Assembly: GCA_031459915.1 (NCBI GenBank)
Contig: JAVKHO010000023.1
Coordinates: 1-39,241, forward strand
DNA: 39,241 nucleotides
Direction of reading: 5' to 3'
Origin: Candidatus Tepidifontimicrobium thermophilum
GTDB lineage: Bacteria; Sysuimicrobiota; Sysuimicrobiia; Sysuimicrobiales; Sysuimicrobiaceae
The stretch's first letter is position 1; the number at the start of each line of letters is the position of its first letter. Below, piece by piece: positions 1 through 8,241 of this stretch. Under the pieces are notes generated by a model. That model saw only the letters and a list, made by a program, of their open reading frames with translations. It was not told the DNA's origin and did not search any database. The position numbers and the translations under genes are program-made.

Positions 1-337
1 GATTGAAACCTCGGGCGGCGGACGTTCAGGCGGCGGCCGAGGAGGCCGTTCGGAGCCTACCTACGAGGGATTGAAACCACCAAGCCCTACCTGGTCGAGC
101 TGAGTTACGAGGCCAGCTCGGAGCCTACCTACGAGGGATTGAAACAGGTGAGCATCCCCCAGGCGCAGTACCGCACGGACCCCGCTCGGAGCCTACCTAC
201 GAGGGATTGAAACTCATCAGGAGCTGGAGGACGTAGTTGCTCCAGCCACTCGTTCGGAGCCTACCTACGAGGGATTGAAACAGCGAATCCGGGGTTCACG
301 TAGCGTGCGGCTCTAGGGGTTGTTCGGAGCCTACCTA
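1..337 (+). CRISPR. CRISPR array, leader-distal end; repeat GTTCGGAGCCTACCTACGAGGGATTGAAAC (30 bp)
   Basis: Partial repeat 1-9 (window edge). Full repeats at 48-77, 116-145, 184-213 and 252-281; the 116 and 184 copies start GCTCGG instead of GTTCGG. Terminal repeat truncated after 16 nt at 322-337. Five unique spacers of 38, 38, 38, 38 and 40 bp. The 3' ATTGAAAC is the typical type I-B/III crRNA handle, which implies + strand transcription with the leader upstream of the window. Confidence 0.97.
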
Positions 338-352
338 TTGTCCAGTAATTTC

Positions 353-1063
353 TCACGGATTTTCACCCCTTCCAAGGACAGCTCTCGTAAGCTCCTGGAC
401 TTCCCCCGCGGGGGTTTCGAAGAGATGCAGCAATTCGGAATTAATTCCAGTATATGGTCTTCTCCAGGGCATTAAGCCCTTCCATGCCCTCAATTGGCCT
501 CCCAACCACAGGTACCGGTCGAGTTCCCGGGTGGTCACGGGAATATCCAGGGCATCCTTCAACGCTGAAAAGCTCGCCGCAAACTGATCGTACGAGAGCT
601 CTTCCCTGCCCTTCCCGTTTAAATGGTATGTGAGCATCTTAACCGCATACCGGTCGTAAATCGGGAAGCGATCCGGATCAATAAAAAAGTGGGCGAATTT
701 GGACGCAAAACTCCGGAACGTCCGCGTTATCTGCTTTGCTCCCCTGACAAGTCTCATCTTTGCCAGCTCGTCTACGAGGCCGGGAGTAGCCGGTAGCGTG
801 GTATTCCCCAAGACGCTGCATAAGTGTTCGGCCACCTCTGCTATGGCGTAAACCTGAGTTCCGTAGAGAGCGTTGACAGCTGCCGCTTTGAGCAAAATCG
901 ATTCGAAATGGCAGTCCGGAAAAGACCGGGCAAGGAAATCCAGCGCCTTATCCGTCGCCTGCCACCGCTTGCATTTCTGGTACAAGTGCAGGGCAGCTTC
1001 TATCTGCCGGTGTTCAAGAGGAACGGCCGGTTTCTGAGTCATTGCTGACTTCATCTCCTTCAT
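353..1063 (-). CDS. Hypothetical protein with HhH/OGG-type DNA glycosylase-like motifs, probably horizontally acquired
   Basis: 236-aa ORF in a visibly AT-richer segment. SFASKFAHF...FPIYDRYAVKML and RELDRYLW resemble the Lys/Asp catalytic region and C-terminal helix of OGG/HhH glycosylases. Start uncertain (several in-frame Met near AAGGAG). Confidence 0.6.
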   Translation of the reverse strand: MKEMKSAMTQKPAVPLEHRQIEAALHLYQKCKRWQATDKALDFLARSFPDCHFESILLKAAAVNALYGTQVYAIAEVAEHLCSVLGNTTLPATPGLVDELAKMRLVRGAKQITRTFRSFASKFAHFFIDPDRFPIYDRYAVKMLTYHLNGKGREELSYDQFAASFSALKDALDIPVTTRELDRYLWLGGQLRAWKGLMPWRRPYTGINSELLHLFETPAGEVQELTRAVLGRGENP

Positions 1064-1159
1064 TGGTCAGTGTTACCGGGCAGCTTTTGTTGGCTTTAGC
1101 AGTCTTTCTGCTCAAGGATGTCTATTGCTGTGCAATCCTTGTTATCATTATCCTCAGTT

Positions 1160-1275
1160 GGATCCCGTCCCGTCAAGTGGTGTAAAAAGCATCCCTTCAG
1201 GTTTCACGGGCTACGCTGTGGTGGAGGCCAGGGTGGCCCCCACATCACGTTCTTGTCCGTCGCCCGCCACTAGCT
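1160..1275 (-). mobile_element. Probable IS256-family right-end remnant, cut by the neighbouring IS481
   Basis: Minus strand reads ...TAG-CCCGTGAAACCTGAAGGGATGCTTTTTACACCACTTGACGGGACGGGATCC. TTACACCACTTGACGGGAC resembles IS256-family termini as I recall them. GC content changes at this boundary. No IS256 transposase body is present. Confidence 0.35.
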
Positions 1276-2354
1276 TGTCCAGTTTCGGAACGGTGTGCAC
1301 ACATTAGGCACGAGAGGTGGTCACGGTCTTCCCTCCCGGCGACGCCCCAGAACATCTCGGCGGGTGGCCGACCGTGGGTGCGGTAGCCCAGGTGCGGCCG
1401 GCGGTAGTTGTAGAACTCGAGGTACCGATCCAGGGCCGCCTGCAGGAACCGCACGTGGGTGAAGAACCGACGGCGGAACTCCACCCGCCAGAGCTCGCTG
1501 AGAACAGTGCCCTGCAGGCGCTCCACGAACCCGTTGGTCCAGGCGTGCCGCGGTCGGGTGCGACTGTGGTGGATCCCCCAGGCGGCAGTGGCCTGATCGA
1601 ACGCCCCGCGGTACTCGCTGCCCTGGTCGGTCAGCACCCGGCGGATCGGCCAGCCTGCCGCCCGGTAGGCCGGCAGCACCCGGGTGGTGAGGAAGTGGGT
1701 CGCCGCGTGAGCCGAGAACACGGTAGCCACTTCGGCGATGGCGTAGGAACAAGCGGCGTCGCAGGCGGTGTACTGCCAGACCTTGCCCACCCCTTCGAGC
1801 CTCCCGATGTAGAACGTGTCCAGGCAGACCAGGTCGCCTGGCTGCTCGGCCGCCACGTGCCCTGCCTGCCGGCGCCGGGCTGCTGCCAGGGCTCGGCGCG
1901 TGCGCTCGGTCCGCAGGCCCGCGGTCCGCGCGCTGTGCACCTCCAACCCTGCCAGCCGCTGCCACCGCGTCTGCAGGCCCACCCGGCGCAGAAACCGATA
2001 CAGGGTGGCCGGGGCCAGATGCCAGCCGCCGGGCTCGGGGCGGGCCAACTGCACAGCCAGCCGCGCCGGCCCCCAGGTAGGCTGTGCCAGGGCCAGGGCC
2101 AGAATCGCCCGCACGTCTCGGGCACTGAGCCCCCCAGGGCCGGCCCATCGAGGGCCACGCCGCCGGGGGTAGACCCCGTCGGGCCCGTAGCTCAGGTAGC
2201 GCCGTCGCCAGCGGTAGAACAGCGTCCGGGAGATCCCAAACTCCCGGCAGGCCTGGCTGACGTTGCCCAAGGCCTGCGCCCGGGCTATCACCCGCAAGCG
2301 GAAGGCGTGTACACTGGCCCTGAGGGTCCTAGGCGGTTCCTCCCGTCTCCCCAT
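1245..2354 (-). CDS. IS481-family transposase (HTH + rve/DDE), probably degenerate
   Basis: GNVSQACREFGISRTLFYRWRRRY HTH; VCLDTFY...LTDQGSEY...TNGFVERLQGT DDE core; YNYRRPH tail. GGAGG RBS is followed at the expected spacing by AGG-ACC-CTC rather than ATG, and the ORF runs through the terminal IR. Confidence 0.88.
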   Translation of the reverse strand: MGRREEPPRTLRASVHAFRLRVIARAQALGNVSQACREFGISRTLFYRWRRRYLSYGPDGVYPRRRGPRWAGPGGLSARDVRAILALALAQPTWGPARLAVQLARPEPGGWHLAPATLYRFLRRVGLQTRWQRLAGLEVHSARTAGLRTERTRRALAAARRRQAGHVAAEQPGDLVCLDTFYIGRLEGVGKVWQYTACDAACSYAIAEVATVFSAHAATHFLTTRVLPAYRAAGWPIRRVLTDQGSEYRGAFDQATAAWGIHHSRTRPRHAWTNGFVERLQGTVLSELWRVEFRRRFFTHVRFLQAALDRYLEFYNYRRPHLGYRTHGRPPAEMFWGVAGREDRDHLSCLMCAHRSETGQASGGRRTRT

Positions 2355-2429
2355 GCAGGGGTGGTGTCCAACGGGAAGGATACGTCCTATGACCCTCCTT
2401 TGGTGTCAACACTAAACTGAAGCAGTACA
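1276..2429 (-). mobile_element. IS481-family insertion sequence
   Basis: TGT...ACA ends. Imperfect 26-bp terminal inverted repeats at 1276-1301 (TGTCCAGTTTCGGAACGGTGTGCACA) and 2404-2429 (TGTCAACACTAAACTGAAGCAGTACA), 16/26 matching by my alignment, flank a DDE transposase. No clean target-site duplication. Confidence 0.8.
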
Positions 2430-2563
2430 CTCTAAGGGCCGCACTTCACTTTCCGCGAAAGCGGGGTAAGTGACCGCGCACGGGCTGAGCCGTACCCACG
2501 CGAGAGGAATAAGCTGGCGCCGCGTCGTATCGCGTCTCCAAGGAGCCGGATCGTCGCTGGGGG

Positions 2564-3841
2564 ATGGGGAGAAAGGCGCTGGTCGTCACGGTGGGGACCG
2601 GGCCAGACGTGGTGCGCTCGCTGGCCCTCACCCTGGGCTACCACCATCCCGACTTCGCGCTGTTCCTTGCTACGCCCGAAAGCAGGATCCACGCGGAGGC
2701 CGCCGCACGGGCCCACTTTCGCGAGCCGTCCTTCGCTATCGACGAGTTCCCGGAGCCCGCCGACGTGGAGAAGCTCTGCCTGCACTACGAGGACAGGATC
2801 CGCCGCCTGCTACTGGAAGAACGCGGTTTCAGGGCTGAGGAAGTCTACGCGGACTACACGCGCGGGACGAAGGCCATGTCCGCAGCGCTGGATTACGTCG
2901 CTATCCACCTGGAGCTCGCGGGCATCAGCTACATCGAGGGACAGCGGGACTCGCACGGCAGAGTGGTTTCTGGAACGGAGCGGGTGCTGACTTTCCGGCC
3001 CTATGAGTTGCTGTTCCGCCGCTGGTGGGGGACGTTGGTGGAGCTGTTCAACGCAGGGCACTTCGCGAGCGTCCTGAGCCAAGCCGGGCACCTGTCGAAA
3101 GGGGCCGTACGCGAGGAACACCGGGCGCGCCTCGATCTAATGTCCGGTCTGGCGACCGCCTGCGAGGCCTGGGAGTCGCTTCACTACGAAGCTGCAGCCC
3201 AAGGGTTCCGGGAGGCGTTGAGGGAGTATGCAGAGCTGACCAGGCTCCTGGGCCTCGAGGACCCGGTGCGCCGAGCGTGCGAAACCGTCTTTCGGATCTG
3301 GAACGCGCGGTGCCACGGGGCGGACTGCGGGTGCGGCCTCCTTCTGGACGAGCGAACCGCGGTGGACCTGCTGGCGCACGCGGACCGGCGGGCGGCGGAG
3401 CACCGGTACGACGTGGCCGTGGCGTTGCTCTACCGTCTGCTGGAGTACCTGGCGCAGCTGGGGCTCCACCGCCGGGGGCTGCGAAGCGACGACGTGCTGG
3501 TGGATCGCCTGCCTGAAAATGTGCGGGCGAAGTGGGAGAGCCGTGTGGACAGCGAAGGACGCCTGAAAGTCGGCTTGGTGCACGGATTCGAACTGCTGGC
3601 GGACCTGGGCGATCCGGTCGGGAGGCGCTTCGCCGAGCTCTACCGTGCGGACCGTTCGCCTCTGAAGCCCTATCTGGAGACCCGGAACAGGTCGCCGCTG
3701 GCCCACGGGTTCCAGCCCGTCGGACCCGAGGCGTTCGAGAAGCTGAGGGAAGTGGTGACGCGCTCGTTCCTGCAGGAGTTCGTACCGAACTGGGAGGCCG
3801 GGCTTCGAGAGCACGAACTGCCGCGTTTCCCGGAGGGGTAG
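2564..3841 (+). CDS. CRISPR-associated CARF-HEPN protein (TIGR02710 / Csm6-like cOA-activated ribonuclease)
   Basis: N-terminal CARF motifs VVTVGTG and YADYTRGTKAMSAAL, YIEG...VVSGTE, helical middle, C-terminal HEPN motif RNRSPLAHGF; about 2.2 kb from the CRISPR array. Confidence 0.87.
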   Translation: MGRKALVVTVGTGPDVVRSLALTLGYHHPDFALFLATPESRIHAEAAARAHFREPSFAIDEFPEPADVEKLCLHYEDRIRRLLLEERGFRAEEVYADYTRGTKAMSAALDYVAIHLELAGISYIEGQRDSHGRVVSGTERVLTFRPYELLFRRWWGTLVELFNAGHFASVLSQAGHLSKGAVREEHRARLDLMSGLATACEAWESLHYEAAAQGFREALREYAELTRLLGLEDPVRRACETVFRIWNARCHGADCGCGLLLDERTAVDLLAHADRRAAEHRYDVAVALLYRLLEYLAQLGLHRRGLRSDDVLVDRLPENVRAKWESRVDSEGRLKVGLVHGFELLADLGDPVGRRFAELYRADRSPLKPYLETRNRSPLAHGFQPVGPEAFEKLREVVTRSFLQEFVPNWEAGLREHELPRFPEG

Positions 3842-3953
3842 GGCGTGGAGCTGCGCGCAGCGCCGGAGGCAGCGGTTACGCTCCCCTCGGGGAATGGGTT
3901 TCTGCGGCCGCCGGGGACGTGCGTAGTGTATCCCGCAGGGAGGAGGTGACGCG

Positions 3954-4667
3954 GTGGAAGAGGACCCGATCGAACTTTCCGTGAGCAGTCTGGCGGATCT
4001 CGCGGAGTGCGCGTGCGACCGGTGCTACTGGTTGGATTACTACATGCCTCCACCCGTCCCGGCGCCAGTGCCGCGGGTGGTGGGAGACATCGACCGTGCT
4101 ACCCGTGACGCGGTGGCCCGGTGGGTGCGGCGCTACGGGCGACTGCCGGACTGGCACCCTCCCGTCGGAGAAGTCCGGTCCGTGCTGCCCGCCCACCAGC
4201 TCACCGCGAAGGTCTTCCGGTACGTGGACCGAAAGACCGGGGTGCTGCTGCGGGGAAGGCCCGACATGGTCTTCGAGCTGGCGGACGGCTCGTACCACAT
4301 CGTGGACTACAAGACCAGCCGGGCACCCGGACGAGGCCAGCCCGCCGAGTCGCGGTACCGGGTGCAGCTAAACGCCTACGCCTTCCTGGCGCATCAGGTC
4401 GGGATCAAGCCGGTCTCAGGCCTTTCCGTGGTGTACCTGGAATCCGGTAGTCTGCTCTCGGCCAGGCACGGCGGCTACGCGGCCTTAGCGTTCCACGCGC
4501 AGAAGCGGACGGTGTCGCTGGCAGCCGACCGTCTAGTCCCGCCCCTGCTCCGACGTGCCGCCCAAATCCTGCGGAATCCAGGCTCTCCGGAGCCGCACCC
4601 AGAATGCGATACCTGCCAGCAGCTCGTCCGGTGGGCTCGCGAGCTCGTACGGGCCGCGGGCCGGTAA
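3954..4667 (+). CDS. PD-(D/E)XK nuclease family protein (solo Cas4-like/RecB-like, Cys-containing)
   Basis: GRPD...HIVDYKT catalytic motif, QLNAY motif, N-terminal CACDRC and C-terminal CDTC cysteines; strong RBS GGAGGAGGTG before the GTG start. Confidence 0.85.
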   Translation: MEEDPIELSVSSLADLAECACDRCYWLDYYMPPPVPAPVPRVVGDIDRATRDAVARWVRRYGRLPDWHPPVGEVRSVLPAHQLTAKVFRYVDRKTGVLLRGRPDMVFELADGSYHIVDYKTSRAPGRGQPAESRYRVQLNAYAFLAHQVGIKPVSGLSVVYLESGSLLSARHGGYAALAFHAQKRTVSLAADRLVPPLLRRAAQILRNPGSPEPHPECDTCQQLVRWARELVRAAGR

Positions 4668-4759
4668 CCGGCCCGGGGCCCCGTAGACCGGGACACGCCG
4701 GCGCCGGAGCCTCTCCCGCAGCTATGCTAGAGGTAGCGTTCCGGGGTCCGGGGCGGCGA

Positions 4760-6142
4760 GTGAGCGACCTGCTGCGGCAGTTGCCATCGGTAGACAGGCT
4801 CCTGGCTGCCGTACAGGAGCGGGACGCGCTGCGGGGGACGGGCCGGACGGTCCTGCTCCGGGCGGTGCGCGAGGTGCTCGAGGAACGCCGCCAGGCCCTG
4901 CGGGCCGGCCTCGCCCACACGGTGGACATCCTGGACCTCGTGGAGGCGGTGGAGCTGCGCGTCCGGGTGGAGAACCGTCCTTCCCTTCAGCGGGTGCTGA
5001 ACGCTACGGGGGTGCTCCTGCACACGAACCTGGGCCGGGCGCCGCTGGCAGAGGAGGCCCAGGAGGCTGTCCTGCGCGCCGCGGGCAGCTGCAACCTGGA
5101 GCTGGATTTGGGTTCGGGATCGCGCGGCTCGCGTCTGGACCACGTGGTGGGGCTCCTGCAGAGGATCACGGGTGCGGAGAGCGCGGTGGTGGTGAACAAC
5201 AACGCGGCTGCGGTCCTGCTGGCCCTCTCAGCGCTGGCGGCGGGCCGCGAGGTGGTGGTGGCGCGCAGCGAGCAGGTGGAGATCGGGGGTTCCTTCCGGA
5301 TGCCGGACGTGATGCGGGCCGCCGGCGTCCGGCTGGTGGAGGTCGGCACCACGAACCGGGTCCGGCTTTCGGACTACGAGTCCGCAGTGGGGCCGGACAC
5401 CGCGTTGATCCTCAAGGTGCACCGCAGCAACTTCCGGCTGGTGGGCTTCGTCTCCGACGTCTCGCCGAGGGAGCTGGTAGCGCTGGGCCGCGCGGCTGCT
5501 GTGCCGGTGGTGTACGACCTCGGCAGTGGTGCCCTGGTGGATCTGCGGGACCGCGGGCTGCCGTACGAACCCACGGTGCAGGAGGCGGTACGGGACGGGT
5601 GCGACCTGGTACTGTTCAGCGGAGACAAGCTGCTCGGGGGGCCCCAGGCTGGGGTGGGTGTGGGCCGGGAAGCGCTGGTGCACCGGATGCGCACGCACCC
5701 GCTGTACCGTGCGGTCCGGGCTGACAAGCTGGACCTGGCCGCCCTGGAGGCGACCCTCCGCCTCTACTTGGATCCCGAGACTGCGTGGAAGCGCGTCCCC
5801 GTGCTGCGGATGCTGTCTGCGGGCGAGGAGGAGCTGCGCGCCCGTGCGGAAGGTCTCGCCCGCTCCCTGTCGGATCGTGGGTTGCACGCGCAGGCGGTGC
5901 GCTCCGAGGCGGAGGCCGGGGGCGGGTCGCTGCCGGGTACGGCGCTGCCCTCGTGGGCGGTCCGGTTGAAGGCGGAAGGGATGTCCGCAGACGAGGTGGC
6001 GAGCCGGCTCCGGTCCTCGACCCCGCCCGTGCTGGCCCGGATCCAGGACGGGGCGGTGCTGCTGGACCTGCGGTCGGTCTTACCGGAAGACGACGCGGTG
6101 CTGGAGGACAGCGTTGCGGGAGCCCTCTCGTTCGGGTTCTAG
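4760..6142 (+). CDS. selA: L-seryl-tRNA(Sec) selenium transferase
   Basis: [54 protein letters not shown] and [13 protein letters not shown] (PLP Lys). Start placed at GTG 4760; the track start at 4604 is too far upstream. Confidence 0.96.
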   Translation: MSDLLRQLPSVDRLLAAVQERDALRGTGRTVLLRAVREVLEERRQALRAGLAHTVDILDLVEAVELRVRVENRPSLQRVLNATGVLLHTNLGRAPLAEEAQEAVLRAAGSCNLELDLGSGSRGSRLDHVVGLLQRITGAESAVVVNNNAAAVLLALSALAAGREVVVARSEQVEIGGSFRMPDVMRAAGVRLVEVGTTNRVRLSDYESAVGPDTALILKVHRSNFRLVGFVSDVSPRELVALGRAAAVPVVYDLGSGALVDLRDRGLPYEPTVQEAVRDGCDLVLFSGDKLLGGPQAGVGVGREALVHRMRTHPLYRAVRADKLDLAALEATLRLYLDPETAWKRVPVLRMLSAGEEELRARAEGLARSLSDRGLHAQAVRSEAEAGGGSLPGTALPSWAVRLKAEGMSADEVASRLRSSTPPVLARIQDGAVLLDLRSVLPEDDAVLEDSVAGALSFGF

Positions 6143-8096
6143 CCCCGTCGTGGCCGCCGTGGTGGGCACGGCGGGCCACGTGGACCACGGGAAGAGCACC
6201 CTGGTGCGGGCCCTGACGGGGATCGACCCCGACCGACTGGAGGAGGAGAAGCGGCGGGGGATGACCATCGACCTAGGCTTCGCGCACATGGACCTGCCCG
6301 GTGGGGTCCGCGTGGGGTTCGTGGACGTGCCCGGTCACGAGCGCCTGATCCGGAACATGCTAGCGGGCGCTGCGGGGCTTGACGCGGTGATGCTGGTCGT
6401 GGCGTGCGACGAGGGGGTGATGCCCCAGACCCGTGAGCACCTGGACATCCTGCGCTTCCTCCGGGTCCCGCGCGGGGTGGTGGCTCTGACCAAGCGGGAC
6501 CTGGTGGACGAGGAGTGGCTGGCGCTGGTGGAGGAGGACGTGCGGGGATTCCTCCGGGGCACCTTCCTGCAGGACGCGCCTCTCGTGCCGGTGTCCGCGA
6601 AGACCGGGCTAGGGCTCGAGGACCTAGTGGCAGCGCTGGGGAGTGTGGTGGCAAGCGGCTCTACACGTGTGGCTACAGGGCCGGTGCGCCTGCCCGTGGA
6701 CCGTTCCTTCCACGTGGCGGGGTTCGGCACCGTGGTGACCGGCACGCTGTGGAGCGGGACGATCCGGCCGGACGACATGCTCCAGCTCATGCCCTCCGGG
6801 CGGACCGTGCGCGTCCGCGGTCTGCATTCCCACGGGCAGCCGGTCTCAGAGGTGCGTGCCGGCCAGCGAGCGGCCGTCAATTTGCTGGGCGTGTCCAAGG
6901 ACGAGGTGGTCCGGGGAGACGTCCTGGTCAGCCCCGGCGCCTTCGAGGCGGCGACCTCCCTGGACGTGCGCCTCCAGCTCCTCCCCCAGACACCGGTGCT
7001 CCGGCACGGGGAGCGGGTACGGCTGTACCTCGGGACCGCCGAGGTCATGGGCCGGACGTACCTGCTGGAAGGGCAGACCCTGGAACCTGGGCAGGCCGCC
7101 TTCGCCCAGCTCCGCCTCGAAAGCCCCGTGACCGCCGCGTTCGGGGATCCCTTTGTGGTCCGCCGCTTTTCGCCGCTCCTGACGTGGGGCGGCGGCGAGG
7201 TCCTGCAGGTCAACCCTGCCCGCCACCGCCGGCGCGACCCGACCGTGGTGGCGCGCCTGCAGACACTGGAGTCCCGAGATCCCCAGGCTGCGGTACTCCT
7301 GGCGTTGGAGGCGGCGGGGTTCTCGGGAGCCACCCTGGCCGACCTCGTACGCCGGACCGGTCTTGTGGCCTCCGCGGTCCAGGCGGTCCTGGAACAGGCG
7401 CGGTCCCGCGGACTGACCGCCCCCCACCGCGACCGCTGGTTCCACGAGGACGTACTCCGACGCGTGGTGCTGGACGCCCTTGAGGCCCTGGCCGCCTACC
7501 ACCGCTCGCGCCCGTGGAGGCGTGGGATGCCGCAAGGTGAGTGGCTGACCCTCGTGCGCCGGATAGCCGGGGCCGCGGCCGAGCTGGCTGTGGATCGGCT
7601 CGCCCTCCAGGTAGTGCAGGAGGAGGGGTACGTGCGCGCCCCCGGCCACCACGCGGCTCTGACGCCAGAGCAGGTAGGTGCCGTGCAAAGGCTGCGCGAG
7701 TGGCTGGAGCGGGCGGGACTGGAAGGGCCCAGCCGGCACGAGGTCCAGCAGGCCCTCGGGGCTCCCGCGGAGGTCGCGATACAGGTGCTTCTGGACGCGG
7801 GCGAGGCGGTGGAGCTGAGGGACCTGCTGTACGGCCGGGCGGCCGTGGCGCGGGCCACGGCCGCAGTAACGGAGGCGCTGCGGCAACGCGGCGCGCTCAC
7901 GGTGGCGGAGGTGCGCGACGTCCTTGCGACGTCCCGGAAGTACGTGCTGCCGCTCTTGGAGTACCTGGACACTTCTGGCGTGACACGCCGTCAGGGCGAC
8001 TTGCGGCTTCCGGGCCCCAGACTGGAGGTCGAGGGTGCGGAGGGCGAAGGGCCCCGGTGGGCCTCCCGGTCTTCAAAACCGGTGCCGCCCCGCTAG
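6114..8096 (+). CDS. selB: Selenocysteine-specific translation elongation factor
   Basis: [31 protein letters not shown]-motifs and C-terminal winged-helix [21 protein letters not shown] before TTG 6114. The last 58 nt overlap tRNA-Sec. Confidence 0.95.
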   Translation: MREPSRSGSSPVVAAVVGTAGHVDHGKSTLVRALTGIDPDRLEEEKRRGMTIDLGFAHMDLPGGVRVGFVDVPGHERLIRNMLAGAAGLDAVMLVVACDEGVMPQTREHLDILRFLRVPRGVVALTKRDLVDEEWLALVEEDVRGFLRGTFLQDAPLVPVSAKTGLGLEDLVAALGSVVASGSTRVATGPVRLPVDRSFHVAGFGTVVTGTLWSGTIRPDDMLQLMPSGRTVRVRGLHSHGQPVSEVRAGQRAAVNLLGVSKDEVVRGDVLVSPGAFEAATSLDVRLQLLPQTPVLRHGERVRLYLGTAEVMGRTYLLEGQTLEPGQAAFAQLRLESPVTAAFGDPFVVRRFSPLLTWGGGEVLQVNPARHRRRDPTVVARLQTLESRDPQAAVLLALEAAGFSGATLADLVRRTGLVASAVQAVLEQARSRGLTAPHRDRWFHEDVLRRVVLDALEALAAYHRSRPWRRGMPQGEWLTLVRRIAGAAAELAVDRLALQVVQEEGYVRAPGHHAALTPEQVGAVQRLREWLERAGLEGPSRHEVQQALGAPAEVAIQVLLDAGEAVELRDLLYGRAAVARATAAVTEALRQRGALTVAEVRDVLATSRKYVLPLLEYLDTSGVTRRQGDLRLPGPRLEVEGAEGEGPRWASRSSKPVPPR

Positions 8097-8131
8097 GGCG
8101 GGGTGGGTTCGATTCCCACCGCCCTCCGCCA
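8039..8131 (+). tRNA. selC: tRNA-Sec (UCA)
   Basis: 8-bp acceptor stem GGAGGGCG/CGCCCTCC followed by GCCA; D stem GGCCC-CGGT-GGGCC; anticodon arm CCGGT-CTTCAAA-ACCGG; long variable arm; GTTCGATTC T loop; 93 nt. Confidence 0.97.
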
Positions 8132-8199
8132 ACTGACCCCACCTAGCACGGTCGAAAACCAGCCCTTGGCGCGTTCGATCCGGTAGAGACCGACACCGG

Positions 8200-8228
8200 T
8201 TGCCGCCCTGCGGCAGCCCGGCTACCTT
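8200..8228 (+). promoter_or_regulatory. Putative sigma70-type promoter of the coiled-coil gene
   Basis: TTGCCG-N17-TACCTT, followed by GGGAGGGG RBS and ATG 8242. Confidence 0.45.
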
Positions 8229-8241
8229 GGGAGGGGTAGGC

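Noticed and set aside
10..321. Self-targeting spacers, or a functional hairpin in spacer 214-251 (GCTGGAG...CTCCAGC)
   Set aside because: No protospacer match noticed by eye within the window (not exhaustive); a 7-bp stem is unremarkable at this GC content.
2430..2563. Missing half of the truncated CRISPR repeat on the far side of the IS
   Set aside because: CGAGGGATTGAAAC does not occur there, so a clean insertion into the repeat is not demonstrated.
3954..4667. Naming this gene cas4
   Set aside because: No cas1/cas2 nearby, and the third C-terminal Cys of the canonical Cas4 cluster is not evident; kept as a generic PD-(D/E)XK nuclease.
8100..8240. tRNA-Sec as the attachment site of an integrated element
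   Set aside because: No integrase, and I saw no duplicate of the tRNA 3' end in the window.
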